This document shows positions 57,534 through 64,000 of a stretch of 64,000 nt of DNA, piece by piece; positions within the stretch are counted from its first letter, which is position 1, and the number at the start of each line of letters is the position of its first letter. The stretch is from Oscillospiraceae bacterium. Lineage in GTDB: Bacteria; Bacillota; Clostridia; Oscillospirales; Oscillospiraceae. The notes beneath the pieces were generated by a model that made no database searches, had not been told where the DNA came from, and saw only the letters and a list, made by a program, of their open reading frames with translations. The stretch is from assembly GCA_022800755.1 (NCBI GenBank), contig JAAWQX010000008.1, forward strand, positions 16,675 to 80,674. The letters run 5' to 3'. The translations under genes and the position numbers were made by a program.

Positions 57534-58187
57534 ATGCCTAACGCAAAAGTTCTCAGCGAGAAGCAGGCCATCGTGGAAGCACTGACCAGCCGTTTGAAGG
57601 AAGCGAGCGCCGGTATCGTCATCGATTACCGCGGCATCACAGTTCTGGAAGACACCGAGCTGCGTTCTGAGATGCGTAAGAACGAAGTGGAGTATTCCGT
57701 TGTGAAAAATACGCTGCTTCGCTTTGCCGCTAACAACGCGGGCCTGTCCGATCTGGACACCGTTTTGAACGGCACCACATCTCTGGCGACTACCACGGCC
57801 GACCCCATTGCACCGTTCCGCATCGTCAAGGAGTATTCTTCCAAGATGACTACGGCGGAGAGCGGCCCCCGTTTCGTGATCAAGGCTGCGTTTATGGACG
57901 GTAAGATGCTGTCCGAGAGTGAGTGCAGCGAGATTGCTGCACTGCCCTCTAAGGACGCACTGTACGCCAAGGTGCTGGGCACCATGCTGGCGCCTATCAC
58001 GAGCCTGGCTGTCGTGCTGAACCAGATCGCCGAAAAGGGCGGCGCGTCCGCTGCAGCACCTGCCGCCGAGGAACCCGCTGCCGAAGCGCCTACCGCTGAA
58101 GCCGCACCCGAGGCCCCCGCAGAAGCAGCTGCTGAGGCTGCACCCGAAGCCGCGCCCGAGGCGCCGGCTGAGCCCGCTGCTGAATAA
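57534..58187 (+). CDS. rplJ: 50S ribosomal protein L10 with a ~45-aa Ala/Pro/Glu-rich C-terminal extension
   Basis: MPNAKVLSEKQAIVEALTSRLKEASAGIVIDYRGITV... is typical L10. RBS ggaggtg. Tail is AAPAAEEPAAEAPTAEAAPEAPAEAAAEAAPEAAPEAPAEPAAE. Confidence 0.9.
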   Translation: MPNAKVLSEKQAIVEALTSRLKEASAGIVIDYRGITVLEDTELRSEMRKNEVEYSVVKNTLLRFAANNAGLSDLDTVLNGTTSLATTTADPIAPFRIVKEYSSKMTTAESGPRFVIKAAFMDGKMLSESECSEIAALPSKDALYAKVLGTMLAPITSLAVVLNQIAEKGGASAAAPAAEEPAAEAPTAEAAPEAPAEAAAEAAPEAAPEAPAEPAAE

Positions 58188-58220
58188 GCAGACAATTCAT
58201 TACATTGGAGGAAATTGAAA

Positions 58221-58604
58221 ATGGCAAGCGAAAAAGTAACTGCTGTTATTGAAGAGATCAAAGTTCTGTCCGTTCTGGAGCTGTCCGAACTGGTACACGC
58301 TCTGGAAGAGGAGTTCGGCGTTTCCGCCGCCGCTGCTGTTGCCGCGCCCGCCGCTGGCGGTGCCGCCGGTGGCGCTGCCGCCGCGGAAGAGAAGACCGAG
58401 TTCGACGTTGTTCTGGCTGAGGTCGGCGCTGAGAAGATCAAGGTCATCAAGGAAGTTCGCGGCATCACCAACCTGGGTCTGGCGGAAGCCAAGGCTCTGG
58501 TCGAGGCTGCCCCCAAGGCCATCAAGGAAGGCGTGAGCAAGGACGAGGCCGAGGCCATGAAGGCTCAGCTGGAAGCTGTCGGCGCCAAGGTCGAACTGAA
58601 GTAA
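58221..58604 (+). CDS. rplL: 50S ribosomal protein L7/L12
   Basis: [25 protein letters not shown]...[22 protein letters not shown]. Confidence 0.95.
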   Translation: MASEKVTAVIEEIKVLSVLELSELVHALEEEFGVSAAAAVAAPAAGGAAGGAAAAEEKTEFDVVLAEVGAEKIKVIKEVRGITNLGLAEAKALVEAAPKAIKEGVSKDEAEAMKAQLEAVGAKVELK

Positions 58605-58627
58605 TTTCGCTCAAATCGAAGTTCAAG

Positions 58628-58658
58628 CACCCGGTTATCAATAACCGGGTGTTTTTTA
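58628..58658 (+). terminator. Rho-independent terminator
   Basis: cacccggttat/ataaccgggtg stem followed by ttttttatt. Confidence 0.85.
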
Positions 58659-58717
58659 TTTCCATTTCCCGGGAAATGTGATAGAATATGAAAGAATCAC
58701 AAAGAGGATGGTGCAGC

Positions 58718-60211
58718 ATGAACATCAGCGAAGCGAAACAGCAGATCAAAAACGCCGTACGTGCTTATTTGACCCGGGACGAATTCGGCGGCTACCGCAT
58801 CCCCCTGGAAAAACAGCGCCCAATTTTCCTGATGGGTCCTCCGGGCATCGGCAAAACCGCGATCATGGAGCAAATCGCCGGAGAATTGGGTGTCGGCCTG
58901 GTATCCTATTCCATGGCGCACCACACAAGGCAAAGCGCCCTGGGCCTGCCATTCATTGTAACGAAAACCTATGGCGGCGCGGAGTATCAGGTGTCTGAAT
59001 ACACCATGAGCGAGATCATCGCGTCGGTATACGATATGATGGAGGAAACAGGGGTTACCGAGGGCATTTTGTTCTTGGACGAGATCAACTGTGTATCCGA
59101 AACGCTCGCACCTACTATGCTGCAATTTCTGCAATATAAAATTTTTGGCCGCCACCGGGTACCCGAGGGTTGGATCGTCGTGACCGCCGGAAACCCACCG
59201 GCTTACAACAAATCCGTGCGGGAATTTGACATTGTGACCTGGGACCGGCTGAAGCGGATCGACGTGGAACCGGACCTGGAAGCATGGAAAGCCTATGCCT
59301 ATTCTGCCGGCGTCCATGGTGCGGTGATGACCTATCTGTCCATCAAGCAGGACGATTTTTATAAGGTGGAAACCACCATAGAGGGCAAGTGTTTTGTGAC
59401 GGCCCGGGGTTGGGAGGACCTGTCCCGGATGATGCAGGTCTGCGAGGAGCAGGGTATTGGGATCGATGAAAAACTCATTGCCCAGTACATTCAAGACCCG
59501 TCCATTTCCAAGGATTTTGCGGTGTATTACGATTTATATAATAAATACCGGGGCAGCTATCAGGTAGAAGAGATCCTTGCCGGTCGGGCGTCAGAAGCCA
59601 TCCGCCAGCGGGCCAGGGACGCGAGGTTCGATGAACGGCTGTCCCTGATCGGCCTGCTGTTAGACGCTGTCAACAACGAGACCCGGGCGTGTGTCCGCAG
59701 AGAAGCGGTCATGACCCGTCTGCTTGCAGTGCTGAAAGAAGTCAAAGAAGGCACAGCGCCTGTGGTTACGCGGCTGGCCGGAAAATTGGAAGAGGAAAAG
59801 GCGAGGCTTGCCGCTGGAAAGCAAGCCGCGTCTCTGACAGCGGAGGAATTGTATCTGACCCGCAGCTTACTGCGGATTTTGGAAGAGGATATGCTGTTGC
59901 TGTCTGGGGCGAAAAAACCGGATTTTTCTGTGCTGAAAGCGGATTTTGACCGCCGTGTCGCGGAAATGAAATCTGCCGCACAGGAGACCGGTTCCCATCT
60001 GGACAACCTCTTTTCTTTTTGTGACGATGTATTTCCCAACGGGCAGGAACTTCTCATTCTGGTCACGGAATTGACCCTAAGCGACCATAGCGCCCGGTTT
60101 ATTGCCCGGTACGGATGCAAGGCGTATTTTGCGCACAACAAGGAAATGCTGTTTTACGAACGCCAGCAGGAGCTGCTGGACAAACTGGACGAGCTGGAGG
60201 ATACCCTGTGA
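58718..60211 (+). CDS. AAA_5 (MoxR/CbbQ/NorQ-like) ATPase with ~250-aa helical C-terminal extension
   Basis: ATG at 58718. Walker A GPPGIGKT, Walker B ILFLDEIN, sensor VVTAGNPP. Long helical tail. Confidence 0.8.
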   Translation: MNISEAKQQIKNAVRAYLTRDEFGGYRIPLEKQRPIFLMGPPGIGKTAIMEQIAGELGVGLVSYSMAHHTRQSALGLPFIVTKTYGGAEYQVSEYTMSEIIASVYDMMEETGVTEGILFLDEINCVSETLAPTMLQFLQYKIFGRHRVPEGWIVVTAGNPPAYNKSVREFDIVTWDRLKRIDVEPDLEAWKAYAYSAGVHGAVMTYLSIKQDDFYKVETTIEGKCFVTARGWEDLSRMMQVCEEQGIGIDEKLIAQYIQDPSISKDFAVYYDLYNKYRGSYQVEEILAGRASEAIRQRARDARFDERLSLIGLLLDAVNNETRACVRREAVMTRLLAVLKEVKEGTAPVVTRLAGKLEEEKARLAAGKQAASLTAEELYLTRSLLRILEEDMLLLSGAKKPDFSVLKADFDRRVAEMKSAAQETGSHLDNLFSFCDDVFPNGQELLILVTELTLSDHSARFIARYGCKAYFAHNKEMLFYERQQELLDKLDELEDTL

Positions 60212-61023
60212 GCAGCCTGTGGTTGGACGGCGGCGTCCTCCGGGGCTATTACGGCGAGGGCGGAGACGTGGTTCTGCCGGATTTCATCTACGATGTGGGC
60301 GGATATGTGTTCCGCAATCATACCGGGGTGCGGAGCGTTACCGTCCCGGACGGGGCGCTGGACATTGGCTACGGCACATTTTCCGGCTGTACGGGTCTGG
60401 TGAAGGTCACTTTGCCGGACAGCATCCAGCGCATCGATATGTACGCGTTTTCCGGCTGCGAGCGTCTGCCGGAGGTGCGGCTGCCCGCCAGACTGAAAAT
60501 ACTGCGGGACAGCACGTTTATCAACTGCGTATCCCTACGCCGGGTACACATCCCAGAGGGCGTGGAGACCATAGAATTCCACGCCTTTTACGGCTGTGAC
60601 AGCCTTACGGAACTATTAGCCGCCGGCGTAACCATGGTGGAAGACCCCATTATCGATCGCACGGCAAAGTGCGTTTTGCCGAAACTGCCTATTGATGCGT
60701 TGGAATCCCAGGCCATGAAAGACAATGGGACCCTCGGCTATTGCACACGGCCGGAATTGTATTCCGATACCGCGGCAGGTTATGCTACCTATGCCGAAAA
60801 ACATAGCGAAGCGTTAATTGAGGCTTCCATCCGCTGCGACTTTCCGGAGCCTTTGCGGTATTTCAAAAGCGCGGGACTTTTGTCCGCGGAGCGTCTGCCG
60901 AGGTATCTGGAGCTATCCCAACAGTGTAAAAACGCGGAGATCACAGCGTTTTTACTGGAATGTGGTGCCGGAAATGAGGTCGGTCAGTTTTGGGTGGAAT
61001 TTGAGAAGGAATTTGAACTATAA
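60208..61023 (+). CDS. Leucine-rich repeat (BspA/LRR_5-type) protein with helical C-terminal domain
   Basis: The GTG at 60208 overlaps the TGA of the ATPase gene (ctGTGA). Repeats: VTVPDGALDIGYGTFSGCTGLVKVTLPDSIQRIDMYAFSGCERLPEVRLPARLKILRDSTFINCVSLRRVHIPEGVETIEFHAFYGCDSL. Confidence 0.75.
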   Translation: MSSLWLDGGVLRGYYGEGGDVVLPDFIYDVGGYVFRNHTGVRSVTVPDGALDIGYGTFSGCTGLVKVTLPDSIQRIDMYAFSGCERLPEVRLPARLKILRDSTFINCVSLRRVHIPEGVETIEFHAFYGCDSLTELLAAGVTMVEDPIIDRTAKCVLPKLPIDALESQAMKDNGTLGYCTRPELYSDTAAGYATYAEKHSEALIEASIRCDFPEPLRYFKSAGLLSAERLPRYLELSQQCKNAEITAFLLECGAGNEVGQFWVEFEKEFEL

Positions 61024-62432
61024 TGGATGAAAAAGTGATCCAAAAACAACAGGCAGAACACCTGGCGAAAGAGATTTTGACCTTTTCCAGAAATACCCTG
61101 CTGGTGCATCTGCGCTTTCTGGATGCGGCGCTGTGCAAATTTGTGCAGACCCCGGTGCAGATTACGGACACCATCGCCACCGACGGGGAGCACCTGTATT
61201 ACAATACCCGCTGTGTTCTGGAGCGGTACCGACAGGGCAGAGAAATACTGGCGCGGGATTACCTCCATGCGACCCTGCACTGCATTTTCCACCATCCCTT
61301 TGTCCATACCTTAGTAGATATGGAATTGTGGGATTTATGCTGTGATATAGCAGTGGAGAGTATGATTGATGAACTGGGTCTCCCTTGCGTCAACGCACCC
61401 CGAGCGGCGGCGCAGATGGAGATTTTGTCGGATTTGAAGTCAGAATTAAAACTGCTCAACGCTGAACGCATTTACCGCTATTATTTGGACAGCGGTATCA
61501 CGCCCGAGCGGATAAAGGATCTGCGGGAAGCATTTGAAGCGGACGATCACGACATCTGGTATATTCGGGGAAAAAGCGCGCCCGAGGGCGACGGAGAGGC
61601 CACCGGGAGCAAGGAAAAACGCGCACCGGACCAGCCGGGAACGGGGAGCGCCCGTTCCAATGACGACAGCCGGCTGGCAGGTCATATGGATGACCGGGAG
61701 CGTACGGAGCGGGAATGGGAAGAGCTCAGCCGCAGGGCAAAGGTCGATTTGGAAACCGCCAGCCGGGATTGGGGAGACCGCGCCGGGAACCTGACCCAGG
61801 CTCTGCGGGCCATGCACCGCCAACGCTATGATTACAGCGACTTTTTGCGGAAATTTGCCGTTGCCACGGAGACTATGAAAGTCAGCGACGAGGAATTTGA
61901 CTATATTTATTACCATTACGGCATGGAATTGTATGAAAATCTGCCATTGATCGAACCGCTGGAGTATCAGGACGTACCGAAAATCCGGGAATTTGTCATT
62001 GCTATTGATACATCAGGCTCGGTTTCCGGGGAGTTGGTGCAGCGGTTTGTGGAAAAGACGTACAATATCCTGAAATCCACGGAAAATTTTGCGGGTGAAA
62101 TGAACCTGCATATCATCCAGTGCGACGCGGAGATACAATCGGACAAAAAAATCACAAAACAAGAGGAATTTGATGCGTATCTGCGTACTATGACGCTCAG
62201 CGGCTTCGGCGGCACGGATTTTCACCCGGTATTCCGCTATGTAGATGAGTTGATCCGGGAAAAGGAATTTACCGACCTGCGTGGGCTGATTTATTTCACC
62301 GACGGAAAAGGCGCGTTTCCGACGTCGCCTCCCGGTTATCAGACCGCGTTCATTTTTCTGGACGATGGCTTTAACGACCCGCAAGTCCCGGTGTGGGCGA
62401 TGAAGCTGATCTTGCGGGAAGAGGAATTATAA
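61023..62432 (+). CDS. DUF2201-like protein: degenerate zincin-like N-domain plus VWA domain
   Basis: TAATG overlap with the LRR gene. ATDGEHLYYN and YLHATLHCIFHH sit where the family has HExxH. MIDAS-like DTSGS. C-terminal VWA-like fold (IYFTDGKG). Confidence 0.75.
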   Translation: MDEKVIQKQQAEHLAKEILTFSRNTLLVHLRFLDAALCKFVQTPVQITDTIATDGEHLYYNTRCVLERYRQGREILARDYLHATLHCIFHHPFVHTLVDMELWDLCCDIAVESMIDELGLPCVNAPRAAAQMEILSDLKSELKLLNAERIYRYYLDSGITPERIKDLREAFEADDHDIWYIRGKSAPEGDGEATGSKEKRAPDQPGTGSARSNDDSRLAGHMDDRERTEREWEELSRRAKVDLETASRDWGDRAGNLTQALRAMHRQRYDYSDFLRKFAVATETMKVSDEEFDYIYYHYGMELYENLPLIEPLEYQDVPKIREFVIAIDTSGSVSGELVQRFVEKTYNILKSTENFAGEMNLHIIQCDAEIQSDKKITKQEEFDAYLRTMTLSGFGGTDFHPVFRYVDELIREKEFTDLRGLIYFTDGKGAFPTSPPGYQTAFIFLDDGFNDPQVPVWAMKLILREEEL

Positions 62433-62434
62433 AA

Positions 62435-62468
62435 AATAGGGGTAAGACATTTGTCTTACCCCTATTTC
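62435..62468. terminator. Bidirectional rho-independent terminator
   Basis: aataggggtaagac-attt-gtcttacccctatt flanked by an A run and a T-rich tract. Confidence 0.8.
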
Positions 62469-62479
62469 TATGGGAAGAT

Positions 62480-62677
62480 TTACTTCATGCCGTTTTCGTA
62501 GGCCTGAATCATCTTTTTGACCATCTGACCACCAACGGAGCCGGCCTGGCGGCTGGTGAGATCGCCGTTGTAACCCTGCTTCAGGTTCACGCCGACCTCA
62601 GCAGCGGCCTCCATCTTGAACTTGTCCATAGCGTCACGGGCGTTGGGGTTCATGATGTTGTTAGAAGAGCTCGTCAT
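62480..62677 (-). CDS. Alpha/beta-type small acid-soluble spore protein
   Basis: MTSSSNNIMNPNARDAMDKFKMEAAAEVGVNLKQGYNGDLTSRQAGSVGGQMVKKMI, the canonical SASP signature. Confidence 0.9.
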   Translation of the reverse strand: MTSSSNNIMNPNARDAMDKFKMEAAAEVGVNLKQGYNGDLTSRQAGSVGGQMVKKMIQAYENGMK

Positions 62678-62963
62678 AATTCGTTTCACTCCTTATCGTG
62701 ATGTTAATCATCTGCTCGATGATTTCGCTATTATCTTTACCCAAGAGAAAAAGCTTATTCAATTTTTTAGTGGCAATATCTGTCAGGACTGATACGTTGG
62801 AAACGAAAAGTGAATGTGGCATAAAACCGGAGCGGCAGGCCAGCATTTTTTGTAAGAAATGACGTTGCGCACGGCATTGCAAAGAAAATGATAAAGGAGT
62901 ATACTTTAAAGTGTTAAATCAAACCGATTTGACTGGGAATTGATATGAAAGAAGGAATGAAAC

Positions 62964-64000
62964 GTGAGAAAAAGAATCGTGACATTGCTGATAACTGTGG
63001 TTATGCTTTTTAGTATCGCTGTTCCGGCCTATGCTATACCGGAAGGTTATGTACAGGACGCGGATGTGATCAAAGTGATTGCCAGTTATCATCCGTACGA
63101 TATGGTTTCAGTAAAAATGTTGAATGAACTGTATGGAGCAATTGACAGCAATGTGATAGTTACATCTGCTACGCAGCAGGATGCAGTGATATTTGCCTTA
63201 CGATATGCGGGCATGACGGACAATCAATTATCAACTGCGGCTCCTGATACGGAGCAATTTGCCTATGACTGCACAGAACTTGCAAAAAGCATGGGGATTT
63301 TGTCCTGGTTTTATTCCGCAAATGACACACTTTCCGTAGCGGAACTGGGCACGATTCTTCAGCGAGTAGCGTTTTTGTATAATGCATTACATGCGGACAA
63401 GCTGCAACCGCTGTTTATGAACGGCATGGCACAGCCCATTTTTCCGTATACCAGCGGTATCCCTGCTGACGGCAGCGTATACAGCAACGCTGACAGTGAT
63501 ATCATCCGCTTTTGCGTATACGTGGAGACCAACTATGATACCGACGGCGACGGCAAGCTGGACCTCGTAAAAGCACTGGTGCAGCTTCCCCGGGCCGCGA
63601 TGGAGGGGGACTACAAGGCCGCGACGATTTATGAAGCCCGTCCCTATATTACCGGCTGCACCGATGGAGAAACACCCAGCGTGGAAGGCGGAACCTACGA
63701 TTTGAATGCCATGTATAGTAGGCCTGTGGCCCGGGTCCCTGCGGGGACTGCCACCACAGCGGAGGCCGCGGCACAGGCGAAGTCTGAGGAATGGTATTAC
63801 TGGAACCCCTATGAGGAGATGTACGACTACGAAGACCTCACCTGGTACGACTATTATCTCGTCCGCGGCTATGCGGTGGTAGAGTGCGGCGGACTTGGCA
63901 CCAAAGACTCTGACGGCTTCGAGACCTGCGGCACCGATTTGGAGATCGATGCGTTCAAATGCGTTATCGAATGGCTCCATGGTGACCGGACAGCCTATAC
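62964..64000 (+). CDS. Secreted Xaa-Pro dipeptidyl-peptidase-like (S15/PepX, CocE/NonD family) hydrolase, 5' partial (runs off the window)
   Basis: Not in the ORF track because it has no stop in the window. GTG at 62964 after GAAGGAA. Hand translation gives signal peptide RKRIVTLLITVVMLFSIAVPAYA, then ...YVETNYDTDGDGKLDLV...YYLVRGYAVVECGGLGTKDSDG...EIDAFKCVIEWLHGDRTAY. Confidence 0.75.
   Translation, partial: MRKRIVTLLITVVMLFSIAVPAYAIPEGYVQDADVIKVIASYHPYDMVSVKMLNELYGAIDSNVIVTSATQQDAVIFALRYAGMTDNQLSTAAPDTEQFAYDCTELAKSMGILSWFYSANDTLSVAELGTILQRVAFLYNALHADKLQPLFMNGMAQPIFPYTSGIPADGSVYSNADSDIIRFCVYVETNYDTDGDGKLDLVKALVQLPRAAMEGDYKAATIYEARPYITGCTDGETPSVEGGTYDLNAMYSRPVARVPAGTATTAEAAAQAKSEEWYYWNPYEEMYDYEDLTWYDYYLVRGYAVVECGGLGTKDSDGFETCGTDLEIDAFKCVIEWLHGDRTAY

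Noticed and set aside
57626-58558. 310-aa minus-strand Ala/Ser-rich ORF across rplJ-rplL.
   Set aside because: It is antisense to two ribosomal protein genes. Its low-complexity sequence comes from the complement of their Ala/Glu/Pro codon runs.
63387-63980. 197-aa minus-strand ORF near the right edge.
   Set aside because: It is antisense to the open-ended PepX-like gene (62964 onward). That gene has a signal peptide, an RBS and S15-family motifs.

Overview
The window reads as a GC-rich, gene-dense chromosomal core segment of an endospore-forming Firmicute. By gene content and codon style it looks like Clostridia, probably Oscillospiraceae or Ruminococcaceae. Sporulation markers are spoIIE, sigG, a spoVB-like flippase, ylmC/ymxH and an alpha/beta SASP. 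Housekeeping genes include rpsB-tsf, rplJ-rplL, gap, two ilvE copies, trkAH, mgtE, mltG, hup, mazG, fumarate hydratase and malic enzyme. I found no rRNA, tRNA, CRISPR array, transposase, integrase or phage gene.

About 60 coding regions can be supported, plus two T-box leaders, a probable L10 leader and many clear rho-independent terminators. Several long ORFs in the six-frame track are antisense shadow ORFs typical of GC-rich DNA, and I rejected them. Two real genes are missing from the track: a 47-aa Cys-rich peptide at 33337-33480, and a PepX-like peptidase that runs off the right edge from 62964.

The items most worth a second look are:
1. A terminator-bounded, translationally coupled AAA_5 (MoxR-like) ATPase, LRR protein and VWA/pseudo-metallopeptidase module (58718-62432).
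2. A sugar-type ABC importer operon that carries an HlyD-like adaptor with a roughly 350-aa helical insertion and a MacB-periplasmic-domain-only protein between the permease and MalK-type ATPase genes (22017-30549).
3. A secreted protein with an internal Cys/His repeat, lying between two tandem T-box-ilvE modules (14288-17825).
4. The unlisted 14-Cys, 47-aa membrane peptide.
5. An orphan histidine-kinase-like protein whose H-box His appears to be Arg.

All homology calls come from motif recognition by eye and memory, not from searches. Hairpin and promoter coordinates are hand-derived.
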